A stretch of 64,000 nt of DNA from Acidovorax sp. (lineage in GTDB: Bacteria > Pseudomonadota > Gammaproteobacteria > Burkholderiales > Burkholderiaceae_C), in contig JBHIWE010000001.1 in NCBI GenBank assembly GCA_041987645.1, forward strand, positions 10,407 through 74,406. The letters are read 5' to 3'. Below are positions 38,868-48,197 of this stretch, one piece after another; the first letter of the stretch is position 1, and each line of letters begins with the position of its first letter. Made by a program: the position numbers and the translations under genes. The notes beneath the pieces were generated by a model. It searched no databases, was not told the DNA's origin, and saw nothing but the letters and a program-made list of their open reading frames with translations.

Positions 38868-39659
38868 TCAGGACAGCCAGCGCTTGCGCCGCTTGTAGTG
38901 CTTCACGTCGCGCATGTTCTTGCGCGACCCGCCTTCACTGAAGCCCAGGTAGAACTCGCGCACGTCGTCGTTGCGCAGCATCTTGTCGGCCTCACCATCG
39001 AGCACTACGCGGCCGTTTTCCATGATGTAGCCATAGTCGGCCATGGCTAGTGCCATCTGCGCGTTCTGTTCCACCAGGAGAATGCCCATGCCTTCTTGAC
39101 GACACAGGCGCGTGATGATTTCGAAGATTTCTTCGCTGATCTGTGGCGCCAGACCGAGCGTGGGCTCATCGAGCATCAGCAGTTTCGGGGACGACATCAG
39201 CGCGCGGCCGATGGCCACCATCTGCTGTTCGCCGCCCGAAAGATAGCCCGACACCGTGCTGCGTTTTTGCACCAGACGCGGGAACAACCCATACACCATC
39301 TCCATCTGGCGCCTGGCGTCGGTCAGGCTGCGCGTGTAGCCGCCCATCACGAGGTTTTCCTCAACCGTCAACTGGTCGAACAGGCGGCGCCCCTCGGGCA
39401 CCATGACCACGCCGGCGCGCACGATTTCGTCCGGCGCCAGGCCGGCCAGCGGGCGGTTTTCAAACGTGATCTGACCACCCTTGATCTCACCGTCTTCCGG
39501 ATACAGTACGCCCGAAATGCCTTTGAGCGTGGTTGATTTGCCGGCCCCGTTGGAGCCGAGCAGGGCAACGATGCGGCCTTTGCCCACCGCCAATGAGGCC
39601 TCCCGCACCGCCTCAATGGTGTTGTCGTAAACGATCTGGACATTGGTGAGATTCAGCAT
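38868..39659 (-). CDS. ABC ATP-binding protein (LivF-like), system 2
   Basis: GSNGAGKST, LSGGEQQM; tail KHYKRRKRWLS. Confidence 0.93.
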   Translation of the reverse strand: MLNLTNVQIVYDNTIEAVREASLAVGKGRIVALLGSNGAGKSTTLKGISGVLYPEDGEIKGGQITFENRPLAGLAPDEIVRAGVVMVPEGRRLFDQLTVEENLVMGGYTRSLTDARRQMEMVYGLFPRLVQKRSTVSGYLSGGEQQMVAIGRALMSSPKLLMLDEPTLGLAPQISEEIFEIITRLCRQEGMGILLVEQNAQMALAMADYGYIMENGRVVLDGEADKMLRNDDVREFYLGFSEGGSRKNMRDVKHYKRRKRWLS

Positions 39660-39949
39660 GACAGACCGCTTCTTGCACCATGCTGCGGGGGCGCAACCAT
39701 TGAACGGCTCTGCCGGTCGATCTCGGTAAGGCGGGCCGTCGGGATGGCAGCCGCAGCCGTGCGCACTTGCGGCCTGGAGGGGCCGGATTTTGGGGTGCGA
39801 CCATAAGCTCTGAGCTTCAGGGTATCGGTCGGACTGGCAGTGAATTTTCTCAAGGTTTGTCCCGTGTTGGCCGTGTTGGGCAGGCGGCTGGCCTGCCTTG
39901 TGCCCTGCCGTTCTGCAACGGCATGCGCCATGCCTTGCTCACAGGCATT

Positions 39950-39977
39950 AATCTAACGGTAGTTAGATTGATATCAA
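39950..39977 (-). promoter_or_regulatory. Perfect palindromic operator inside a putative sigma70 promoter
   Basis: AATCTAAC-GGTA-GTTAGATT at 39950-39969; on the minus strand TTGATA-16 bp-TAGATT. Confidence 0.75.
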
Positions 39978-40084
39978 CTAGAAAAAACCCTATGCCGGTG
40001 CCGACGACTCCGGTTGTGAACGCGAGCGGCAACTTCTGCCCAAGCTCGCTTCCGAATGGAAGCGGGTGCTTCAGCGTCGCTCGG

Positions 40085-41770
40085 CTACATTCCCGCGTAG
40101 TTCGGCCCGCCGCCGCCTTCGGGTGTGACCCAGACGATGTTTTGGGTCGGGTCCTTGATGTCGCAGGTCTTGCAGTGCACGCAGTTCTGTGCGTTGATCT
40201 GCAGCCGGTCGCTGTGGTCCTCGTCCTTCACGAACTCGTACACGCCGGCTGGACAGTAGCGGCTCTCGGGGCCGGCGTATTTCGCCAGGTTGATCTGCAC
40301 TGGCACGCCGGCGTCCTTGAGCGTCAGGTGCGCGGGCTGGTTTTCTTCGTGGTTGGCGTTGCTGACGAACACGCTGGAGAGTCGGTCGAAGGTGAGTCTG
40401 CCGTCGGGCTTGGGGTAGCTGATCTGCGGCATCTCGGCGGCTGGGCGCAGGGTGGTGTGGTCGGCCTGTGTGCGGTGAATCGTCCAGGGCGGACGCTGGA
40501 TGCCGAGCCTGGGCAGCAGCCACTGCTCAATTCCGGTCATCAGCGCACCCACGGTGTTGCCTTTCTTGAACCACTGCTTGAAGTTGCGCGACTGGTCGAG
40601 TTCGGTGTGCAGCCAGCTGTTTTCGAACGCAGCCGGATAGGCGCTGAGTTCGTCGCTGCTGCGTCCGGCGGCCAGGGCTTCAAACGCGGCTTCGGCGGCC
40701 AGCATGCCGCTTTTGATGGCGGCGTGGCTGCCCTTGATGCGGCTGGCGTTCAGGTAGCCTGCATCGCAGCCCACCAGCGCGCCGCCGGGGAAGATGGTCT
40801 TGGGCAGGGAGAGCAGGCCGCCGGCCGCGATTACGCGCGCGCCGTAGCCGATGCGTTTGCCGCCCTCGATGTGCTTGCGGATGGCCGGGTGGGCCTTCCA
40901 GCGCTGCATTTCCTCAAAGGGGCTGAGCCAAGGGTTTTTGTAATCGAGCCCGGTGACGAAGCCCAGCGTGACCTTGTTGCCTTCCAAGTGATAGAGAAAG
41001 CCGCCGCCGTAGGTCTGGCTGTCCATCGGCCAGCCGGCCGTGTGCACCACCCGACCGGGTTGGGCGCGGGCCGGGTCAATCTCCCACAGTTCCTTGATGC
41101 CAATGGCATGGCTTTGCGGATCGCGGCCTTCGTCGAGCTTGTATTTGGCGATGAGCTGCTTGCCCAGATGGCCGCGCGCGCCTTCGGCAAATATGGTGTA
41201 CTTGGCGTGCAACGCCATGCCGAGCTGAAAGCCGTCGTGCGGCTGGCCGTCCTTGCCAATGCCAAGGTTGCCGGTGGCCACGCCCTTGACCGAGCCGTTC
41301 TCGTTGTAGAGCACCTCGGCGGCGGTAAAGCCGGGGAAGATCTCCACGCCCAAGCCTTCAGCCTGCTCGCCCAGCCATTGGGTCAAGGCGCCCAGGCTGA
41401 TGACGTAGTTGCCCTCGTTGTGGAAGCAGTCGGGCACCAGAAAGTCGGGCGTGCGCCTGGCGCCAGTTTCGCTCAGGAAAAGCACATCGTCACCTGTGAC
41501 GGGCTGGTTCAACGGGGCGCCAAGTTCCTTCCAGTTGGGGAAGAGTTCGTGCAGCGCGATCGGATCCATGACGGCGCCGGAGAGAATGTGAGCACCGGGC
41601 GTGGAGCCTTTTTCAAGTACCACGATGGACACGTCCTGGGCATTTTCTGCGGCGAGCTGCTTGAGGCGGATTGCCGTGGCCAAGCCGCCTGGTCCGGCGC
41701 CCACCACCACCACGTCATATTCCATCGCTTCGCGGGGGCCGTATTGATCGAGCAGGGAGGTGGGCGTCAT
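40085..41770 (-). CDS. Electron transfer flavoprotein-ubiquinone oxidoreductase (ETF-QO)
   Basis: VVGAGPGGL, GAHILSGA, IKGSHAAIKSG, CPAGVYE, NCVHCKTCDIKDP 4Fe-4S motif, WVTPEGGGGP. Confidence 0.95.
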   Translation of the reverse strand: MTPTSLLDQYGPREAMEYDVVVVGAGPGGLATAIRLKQLAAENAQDVSIVVLEKGSTPGAHILSGAVMDPIALHELFPNWKELGAPLNQPVTGDDVLFLSETGARRTPDFLVPDCFHNEGNYVISLGALTQWLGEQAEGLGVEIFPGFTAAEVLYNENGSVKGVATGNLGIGKDGQPHDGFQLGMALHAKYTIFAEGARGHLGKQLIAKYKLDEGRDPQSHAIGIKELWEIDPARAQPGRVVHTAGWPMDSQTYGGGFLYHLEGNKVTLGFVTGLDYKNPWLSPFEEMQRWKAHPAIRKHIEGGKRIGYGARVIAAGGLLSLPKTIFPGGALVGCDAGYLNASRIKGSHAAIKSGMLAAEAAFEALAAGRSSDELSAYPAAFENSWLHTELDQSRNFKQWFKKGNTVGALMTGIEQWLLPRLGIQRPPWTIHRTQADHTTLRPAAEMPQISYPKPDGRLTFDRLSSVFVSNANHEENQPAHLTLKDAGVPVQINLAKYAGPESRYCPAGVYEFVKDEDHSDRLQINAQNCVHCKTCDIKDPTQNIVWVTPEGGGGPNYAGM

Positions 41771-41827
41771 GCGGAGAGAACCCGGAAAGTGGGAGGCCCT
41801 GGGGCCCAAGTTGGCGAAAGGGGCGGT

Positions 41828-42337
41828 TCAGTGGCCGTTGTCGGCCGGCAGCGGCGGTGCGGTGCGCGGTGCGCCGTCACGGGTGTAAACCATGACCGTG
41901 CGCTTGAACGTGCAGACGATGACGCCGCCCTGGTTGTAGCCTTCGGTGCGCACCGTCACGACGCCGACGTTGGGACGCGACCGTGACTCACGCTTGTCCA
42001 ACACCGTGGAACGTGAATAGAGCGTGTCGCCCTCGAACACCGGATGCGGCAGACGAACTTCGTCCCACCCGAGGTTGGCCATGACGTTTTGCGATACATC
42101 ACTCACCGTCTGTCCGGTCACGAGGGCCAGCGTGAGGCAGGAGTTGACGAGAGGGCGGGCGAACTCCGTTTGCGCGGCATAGTGGGCGTCGAAGTGCAGC
42201 GGGGCCGTGTTTTGCGTCAACAGCGTGAAAGAGATATTGTCGTGCTGGGTGATGGTGCGCCCGAGGGCATGCCGATACTCGTCGCCGACCTCGAAGTCTT
42301 CATAGAACCGGCCGCGCCAGCCTTCCTTGACAGTCAT
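41828..42337 (-). CDS. MaoC-family dehydratase
   Basis: GRFYEDFEVG, GRTIT..DN..FT..TQN.APLHFD, NLGWDEVR..HPVFEGDT. Confidence 0.9.
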   Translation of the reverse strand: MTVKEGWRGRFYEDFEVGDEYRHALGRTITQHDNISFTLLTQNTAPLHFDAHYAAQTEFARPLVNSCLTLALVTGQTVSDVSQNVMANLGWDEVRLPHPVFEGDTLYSRSTVLDKRESRSRPNVGVVTVRTEGYNQGGVIVCTFKRTVMVYTRDGAPRTAPPLPADNGH

Positions 42338-42984
42338 TTGTTGCTCCTGCAGTCATGCGTGAGGATTCCATCGAACACGATCGCCGTGATTTGGCGTGAG
42401 AAGTCCTGAAAAGAGCCGCGCTGGGGGTTGTACCATTCGACGGTCCAGTTCAATGCGCCAATCACGAAAAGCCGAATCATGGCCGTGTTGGTGTCTTGGC
42501 GCAATTCGTTGCTAGCGAGTGCCGACTCGAGCAGCCGATCCCAGTAGTCCGCGTAAGCGCGACGGACAAGCCTGTGGCGATTCTTGGCGCTGGTCGGAAT
42601 CTGACCATAGATGCGAATGTTGGCCGACGTAAAGTCGCCATGGTGGAGCAGTCCCCAGAGGTGGCCTTCGATGCCAGCGGCGATCCGGTCACGCCATGAC
42701 ATGTTCTCAGGAAGTGCGTCAATACGGGCACGGACAGCGTCTGCGACGATCGTGATTCCCTTGTCTAGGACTTCGCCAAGGATCTGCTCTTTTGATTCGA
42801 AGTGGTAATAAATGCTGCCGGCTTTGACTCCTGCGGCATCGGCAATCTCGCGCAACGTGGTGGCAGCATAGCCACGATGCCTGAACAGTCGTGAGGCTTC
42901 GAGCAACACACGCTCGCGCGTTGCTGGGTCATTTCTGTCATTTTGGCCGGATTTTGCGTCTGTATTTGACTGCATATTGGTCAT
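42334..42984 (-). CDS. TetR/AcrR-family regulator (AtuR/KstR2-like)
   Basis: HTH GYAATTLREIADAAGVKAGSIYYHFESKE; C-terminal GALNWTVEWY. Confidence 0.93.
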   Translation of the reverse strand: MTNMQSNTDAKSGQNDRNDPATRERVLLEASRLFRHRGYAATTLREIADAAGVKAGSIYYHFESKEQILGEVLDKGITIVADAVRARIDALPENMSWRDRIAAGIEGHLWGLLHHGDFTSANIRIYGQIPTSAKNRHRLVRRAYADYWDRLLESALASNELRQDTNTAMIRLFVIGALNWTVEWYNPQRGSFQDFSRQITAIVFDGILTHDCRSNK

Positions 42985-42994
42985 TAGTTAGATT
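42983..42994 (-). promoter_or_regulatory. Operator half-site at the tetR start codon
   Basis: Minus strand reads AATCTAAC-TA-ATG; the half-site is identical to that of the 39950 palindrome. Confidence 0.55.
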
Positions 42995-43085
42995 TACATG
43001 CAAATCGTATCAGGCTGGGCTATGCTGGAAGTCGAGACCCCGTGCGTGGGCGCGTCGCATGAGATTATTCAGGGCTTGCATTCGC

Positions 43086-43877
43086 TCACATGTTGCCATC
43101 AACCCACTGCCTGAAATCAGGCTTGCGCTTTTCCAGGAAAGCGTGGACACCTTCTTTAGATTCTGCCGTGTCGTAGTACAGGCTCAGCGCCTGAAGTCCC
43201 AGGCTGCCGATGCCGCGAATGTGCTCTGTGGATGCATTGAACGAGCGTTTGGCGATGGCCAGCGCGGTAGGACTCTTTTCGACAATCTCCTTGCACCAGC
43301 GTGCGACTTCGGCGTCGAGCTGGTCGTGCGGCACGACGGTGTTGCACAGGCCCATGACCAAGGCTTCCTGCGCATTGTAGCGGCGACACATATACCATAT
43401 CTCGCGTGCTTTCTTTTCGCCCACCACATGGCTCAGGTAGGCCGTGCCCCAACCAGGATCGACCGAGCCGACCTTCGGGCCGACCTGACCAAACACCGCT
43501 TTGTCCGAAGCGATGGTCATGTCGCACAAGGTGGCGAGCACGTTGCCACCCCCAATGGCGTAGCCCTGTACGCGGGCGATCACGGGCTTGGGCACGTCAC
43601 GAATGGCGCTATGAAATTCTTCCACCGGGATGCCGATGGTGCCCCGGCCGTCGTACTGACCGGCGTGGGCCGATTGATCGCCGCCGGTGCAGAAAGCACG
43701 ATCACCGGTGCCCGTGAGCACAATGGCGGCGATGCGCTTGTCCCAGCCGGCTTTCATGAAGGCCTGCAGCAGCTCCTCGACGGTCTGGCCGCGAAACGCA
43801 TTCATTACCTCGGGGCGGTTGATTGCGATGTAGGCCACCGAGTCGCGCTCTTCGTAGAGGATGTCCTTGAATTCCAT
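43086..43877 (-). CDS. badI: 2-ketocyclohexanecarboxyl-CoA hydrolase-like (ring-opening crotonase)
   Basis: AFCTGGDQS.H.GQYDGRGTIG, IRDVPKPVIARVQGYAIGGGNVLAT, GQVGPKVGSVDPG, GEKKAREIWYMC match BadI as I recall it; ATG 43877. Confidence 0.85.
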   Translation of the reverse strand: MEFKDILYEERDSVAYIAINRPEVMNAFRGQTVEELLQAFMKAGWDKRIAAIVLTGTGDRAFCTGGDQSAHAGQYDGRGTIGIPVEEFHSAIRDVPKPVIARVQGYAIGGGNVLATLCDMTIASDKAVFGQVGPKVGSVDPGWGTAYLSHVVGEKKAREIWYMCRRYNAQEALVMGLCNTVVPHDQLDAEVARWCKEIVEKSPTALAIAKRSFNASTEHIRGIGSLGLQALSLYYDTAESKEGVHAFLEKRKPDFRQWVDGNM

Positions 43878-43936
43878 GGGTTTTCCTTTTTGTTCGTTGT
43901 GTCGATGGCGCATGGCAGCCCACCATGCCCCAGCGT

Positions 43937-44734
43937 TTATCCAATCATGCTGTAACCACCAGAAACGGAAAGCACCTGCCCGGTGACATGGCCCGCAACC
44001 TTTGCCGAAGACAGGAAGACGACGGCATTGGCAATGTCCTGTGGCCGCCCCACTTTGCGCAGCGGCAGCGCCTTGGCGACTTTCTCCAGTTGCTCGGGCG
44101 TGAACATGCTGCCAGCATCGACCCACATGCTGCTGCCGCCTACTTCGTCGGTGGTGCTCGGGATCGTGACGCCGGGGCAGACCACGTTGCAGCGGATGCC
44201 GTAACGCCCGTTTTCCTTGGCGATGGTTTTCATGAAGCTGTTGATGGCCGCCTTGACGCCGCCATACACCGCCTCGCGCGGTTCGCCCTGACGGCTCGCA
44301 TCGGAACTGATGGAGACGATGGAGCCCGCGTTGCGGGGAATCATCAGATCCAGCGCGATTTTGGTGCAGTTGAGAACGCCGAGGTAGTTAATGTTGATGA
44401 TCTTCTGCCACAGGTCGGGGGTCGTCTGGGTAAAGAACAGCAACTGGTCCCATCCCACGTTGTTGACGAGCACATCGACGCCGCCGAACTTGTCGGTCGC
44501 GGCCTTGAACATGGCCTGCACCTGGTCGAGCTTGGTGACATCGGTTTTGACGACTTGCGCCGACGCGGCCCCGTTCGCCAGAGCGAATTCCGCCGTCTTT
44601 TGCGCCTGCTTGTCGTCGATGTCCCCGATGGTGATGTGGGCGCCCTCAGCGGCGAAGCCAAGCACGATGGCGCGACCGATGTTCGAGCCGCCACCGGTGA
44701 CGATGACCGATTTGCCTTTGAGATCCAGATCCAT
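43937..44734 (-). CDS. badH: 2-hydroxycyclohexanecarboxyl-CoA dehydrogenase-like SDR
   Basis: NNVGWD, SSDASR.G...EAVY...K, NVVCPG, GQVLSVSGG; directly upstream of badI. Confidence 0.7.
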   Translation of the reverse strand: MDLDLKGKSVIVTGGGSNIGRAIVLGFAAEGAHITIGDIDDKQAQKTAEFALANGAASAQVVKTDVTKLDQVQAMFKAATDKFGGVDVLVNNVGWDQLLFFTQTTPDLWQKIININYLGVLNCTKIALDLMIPRNAGSIVSISSDASRQGEPREAVYGGVKAAINSFMKTIAKENGRYGIRCNVVCPGVTIPSTTDEVGGSSMWVDAGSMFTPEQLEKVAKALPLRKVGRPQDIANAVVFLSSAKVAGHVTGQVLSVSGGYSMIG

Positions 44735-44783
44735 ATTGATTCCTCGCGCACTTGGCGCATCATTGATTCCTACACAGCATAAC

Positions 44784-44803
44784 TGCCAAACGATAGTTAG
44801 GTT
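44784..44803 (-). promoter_or_regulatory. Putative TetR operator upstream of badH
   Basis: TGCCAAAC-GATA-GTTAGGTT. Confidence 0.6.
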
Positions 44804-44894
44804 TGACGGTCGAGTTTTCCGGTGTTTGGCAGGGGCGCAGTCGCGGTAAAGCCGGCCTTGATCTGACCATGCCCCTCCCCAGGCATGGCCGTTG

Positions 44895-46136
44895 CTATTT
44901 GCCCTTGGCGAACTCGCCTGATTCTTTCTTCACGATGTCCTGGATCACATCGTCATACGCCGAGAACCAGTCAGTCTGGGGTACCCAGTTGGCGCCATCC
45001 CACAGGTCGATACGGGTCTTGCCACCGCCACCATGGTCCTTGGAGGTCACCGTCACAGGGGCGATCAGGCCTTCGGCGTCAAAGTTTTTCAGGTTTTCCA
45101 GGCCGCGCTTCATTTTTTCAGGGGTGATGGGCCAGCCGTGTTGTTTGACAGCCTGGCGAGCCCCCTCGAAAACGCTGGCATAGATGGCCAGACCGGTGTT
45201 GTAGTAGATGTCGTTGAGATGCTTGCGGTCACCGCTGCCCTTGCCCTTCTCGTACAGGTCCTTGATGATCTGTTGCATCAGCGGGTGGCTCTGTCCACCT
45301 GACACGTTGGTGCCTCGTTTGACGCCTTTCGCGCTTTCCAGACCGATGTTGGCGAGGTCAACTTCGTTGAACCAGTTGACCGCGATGTACTTGTCCATCG
45401 GAATGCCGTTGCGCTTCATCTCGCGCGCGGCGACAACGTGCATGTTGGACAGATTCCAGCTGATGACCCAATCGGGGTTGATGCGGCGGATCTGGGTCCA
45501 GGCCGCGGCTTGGTCATTGCCGGGCATCGGGTTGGGAATGAGGTGCAGATCAAATCCCTCCTTGGCGGCGAGCGTCTTCAGCACGCCAATCGGCTCCTGA
45601 CCGAACGGATAGTCTGGGTAGATGAACGCGATCTTCACGCCTTTGAGGCTGCCGTTGGCCTTGGTCTTGATGTAGTGGATGTTGTTGGCCATCTGGCCCC
45701 AATAAGTCGGCCCAATGGGGAAAATCCACTTGAACACATCGCCATCGACGGCATCGCCACGGCCCACGAAGGATTGCACCATCACCTGGCCATCCGCCAT
45801 GGCGCGAGGCAGAACGGCGCGGGCAACCGGCGTGGACAGGAAATCAAAGGAAATGGCGCCCTCGCGCTTCATTTTTTCGTAGCACTCGATGCCGCGCTGC
45901 GGTTCGTTGCCGTGGTCTTGAACCATGATCTCGATGGGGTGACCTTCGATGCCGCCCTTCTGGTTCAATATCTTGGCATAGTCGTTCGCAGCCTGAGAGA
46001 TTTGCGGGGTGACAAAGCCGTAGGACTTGCTCAGGTCATAGCACAGCGCGAATTTGATGGGTTGGGCTAGCGCGGACGTCAGGCCGGCAAACGCCAATCC
46101 CAAGCCGGCCACGACAGAAATAAACTTGGATCGCAT
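44895..46136 (-). CDS. ABC substrate-binding protein, system 3
   Basis: Signal peptide ending ALA|Q; GGIEGHPI, type I PBP fold; last gene of the Liv operon. Confidence 0.9.
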   Translation of the reverse strand: MRSKFISVVAGLGLAFAGLTSALAQPIKFALCYDLSKSYGFVTPQISQAANDYAKILNQKGGIEGHPIEIMVQDHGNEPQRGIECYEKMKREGAISFDFLSTPVARAVLPRAMADGQVMVQSFVGRGDAVDGDVFKWIFPIGPTYWGQMANNIHYIKTKANGSLKGVKIAFIYPDYPFGQEPIGVLKTLAAKEGFDLHLIPNPMPGNDQAAAWTQIRRINPDWVISWNLSNMHVVAAREMKRNGIPMDKYIAVNWFNEVDLANIGLESAKGVKRGTNVSGGQSHPLMQQIIKDLYEKGKGSGDRKHLNDIYYNTGLAIYASVFEGARQAVKQHGWPITPEKMKRGLENLKNFDAEGLIAPVTVTSKDHGGGGKTRIDLWDGANWVPQTDWFSAYDDVIQDIVKKESGEFAKGK

Positions 46137-46250
46137 GTCTGTTTTCCTACCATGAATCGTACGGGTTGAAAAAGCCCGGGGTGCACGCCGTACCGTACCG
46201 CCTAGGACTGGTTACAAACCGAGTGTCGAGATTGCTGGGGCTCCGGGGGG

Positions 46251-47105
46251 TCAAGTCAGCCAGCGTTTACGCCGGCGATAGTGTTTGATGTCATGGAAGC
46301 TGCGTCCTTCGGCGCCGCCAAGATAGAACTCCTGGATATCCGGGTTCTTCTTCATCGCCTCGGCGCTGTCATGCATTACCACGCGTCCGTTCTCGATCAG
46401 GTAGCCGTGCGAGACCACCTCCAGGGCGGCAATGGCGTTTTGCTCGACAAGCAGGACGGACAGACCTTCTTCCTTGTTGATGCGCCGGACGATGTCAAAA
46501 ATCTCGGCCACGAGAAAAGGGGCCAGTCCTAGGCTGGGCTCATCGAGCATCAGCAGTTTGGGTTGCGTCATCAGGGCGCGCCCAATGGCCAGCATCTGCT
46601 GCTCGCCACCTGACAGGTAGCCGGATTGGGCGGTGCGCCGCTGGTGGAGGCGCGGGAAGTAGGTGTAGACCATGTCCTTGTTGCGCAGCATGTCCTGGCG
46701 GTTGCCACGCACCGCCGACGCAGCTGCAAGGTTTTCGTCCGGCGTCAGGTGCTCGAACACGCGCCGCCCCTCCAGCACATGAACGATACCGAGTTTGACG
46801 CGCTCCTGCGGTGCCAGCGCATCAATGTTCTGACCCAGAAAACGGACTTCTCCGCGGGTGATCTGGCCGCGCTCGGGGCGAAGCAACCCGCTGATGGATT
46901 TGAGCGTCGTGCTTTTGCCGGCGCCGTTGGCGCCCAGCAATGCGACCATGCCGCCTTGCGGCACATCGATCGACACGCCCTTGATGGCGAGCGAGACGTG
47001 GTCGTAGATGACCTCGACGTTGTTGAGTGACAGAACCCGAGCGGGGTCCGAGACCTGGTTTTCCATACGCGGAGGGAGGGCTGTTGATTGATCGGTCGCG
47101 TGCAT
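46251..47105 (-). CDS. ABC ATP-binding protein (LivF-like), system 3
   Basis: GANGAGKST, LSGGEQQM; tail KHYRRRKRWLT. Confidence 0.93.
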   Translation of the reverse strand: MHATDQSTALPPRMENQVSDPARVLSLNNVEVIYDHVSLAIKGVSIDVPQGGMVALLGANGAGKSTTLKSISGLLRPERGQITRGEVRFLGQNIDALAPQERVKLGIVHVLEGRRVFEHLTPDENLAAASAVRGNRQDMLRNKDMVYTYFPRLHQRRTAQSGYLSGGEQQMLAIGRALMTQPKLLMLDEPSLGLAPFLVAEIFDIVRRINKEEGLSVLLVEQNAIAALEVVSHGYLIENGRVVMHDSAEAMKKNPDIQEFYLGGAEGRSFHDIKHYRRRKRWLT

Positions 47106-47119
47106 GGGGTGGTCCTTAC

Positions 47120-48193
47120 TTACTTGCGGGCGTAGCCGAAGGGCCAGACCAGGAGATAGTTGCGCAGATTGGTGTACATCTTGCCAAGGCCCATGGGCTC
47201 GACCAGCAGGAAAACGATGATCAGTGCGCCATACACCGCATGCGGGATGTGGGCCAGTGTTTCAAACCCGAGCGTGGCGCCTGCGAGCTGTGCCAGCCAG
47301 GCGATCAAGCTGTTCATCAGGCCGGGCATCAACAGAATGAAGGCGGCCCCGAAATAGCTGCCGATGATGCTGCCCAGCCCGCCGACGATCACCATGGCCA
47401 GCAGCTCGATCGACACGTTGACGGCGAATTGCTCCGGCGTGGCGGCCCGATAGAAGGTGAAGACCAGGATGGCGCCGCTGACGCCCCCGATGAAGGACGA
47501 GGTGGCGAAGGCCACCAGCTTGTAGTAGAGGCTGTGCACGCCGATGACCGCCGCGGCGAAGTCTTTCTCCCGCACGGCGACGAGCGCGCGGCCCAGCGCG
47601 CTGCGGCGCAGATTGAGCATGAAGACCGTCACGAGCAGGCACCAGCCCAGCGCCACGTAATAGAGGCCGGCCTCCGAGGTGATGGCCTGACCGAGCAGGC
47701 GCATCGCGGGGGCCTGCAGTGTGGCCTGGGTGCCGCCGCTGATGGCCGGCACGTGGGAAATCACCCAGTCCATCACGAACTGCAGCGCCAGCGTGCTGAG
47801 CGCCAGATACAGGCCTTTGACGCGCAGCGCCGCGAACGCGAAGACGATGCCGATGACCGCGGCCATCACGCCGCCGAGCACCACGGCGATTTCCCAGGGA
47901 ATACCGTTGCGCGCGCCATGCACTGCCGTGTAGGCGCCGATGCCCATGATGGCGGCGTAGCCGAAGTGGAACTGACCGGCCCAGCCCAGGATCAGGTTCA
48001 GGCCGAGCACGGCCGCAGTCCACACCAGCCAGGGCAGCAGATGGGTGCTGAGGACGAGCGTGCTCATGGTGAATGGCGCGGTGATGGCAAAGGCCAGCAG
48101 CAGGCCGATCATCCAGCGGTCTGCGGGCAAGGGGAAAAGGGCCCGCGTGCCAGCGTAACTGGTGTGGGAAATGCCTGATTGACGGAACAGCAT
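47120..48193 (-). CDS. ABC permease (LivM-like), system 3
   Basis: GLYLALST, GGLGS, EPMGL..WPF. Confidence 0.92.
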   Translation of the reverse strand: MLFRQSGISHTSYAGTRALFPLPADRWMIGLLLAFAITAPFTMSTLVLSTHLLPWLVWTAAVLGLNLILGWAGQFHFGYAAIMGIGAYTAVHGARNGIPWEIAVVLGGVMAAVIGIVFAFAALRVKGLYLALSTLALQFVMDWVISHVPAISGGTQATLQAPAMRLLGQAITSEAGLYYVALGWCLLVTVFMLNLRRSALGRALVAVREKDFAAAVIGVHSLYYKLVAFATSSFIGGVSGAILVFTFYRAATPEQFAVNVSIELLAMVIVGGLGSIIGSYFGAAFILLMPGLMNSLIAWLAQLAGATLGFETLAHIPHAVYGALIIVFLLVEPMGLGKMYTNLRNYLLVWPFGYARK

Positions 48194-48197
48194 GGGC

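Noticed and set aside
39767-41986. 739-aa + strand ORF (also 1276-2784, 11266-12966, 13270-14820, 36315-38111, 49110-50870)
   Set aside because: All are antisense to motif-bearing genes and have no recognisable domains.
43086-43877. menB (naphthoate synthase) assignment
   Set aside because: The motifs and the adjacent BadH-like SDR fit BadI better, and no other men genes are present.
44867-44888. Hairpin CCATGCC/GGCATGG after the SBP 3 stop (similar GCATGG/CCATGC stem near 43911-43929)
   Set aside because: No U-tract and short stems, so not supportable as an intrinsic terminator or REP family.
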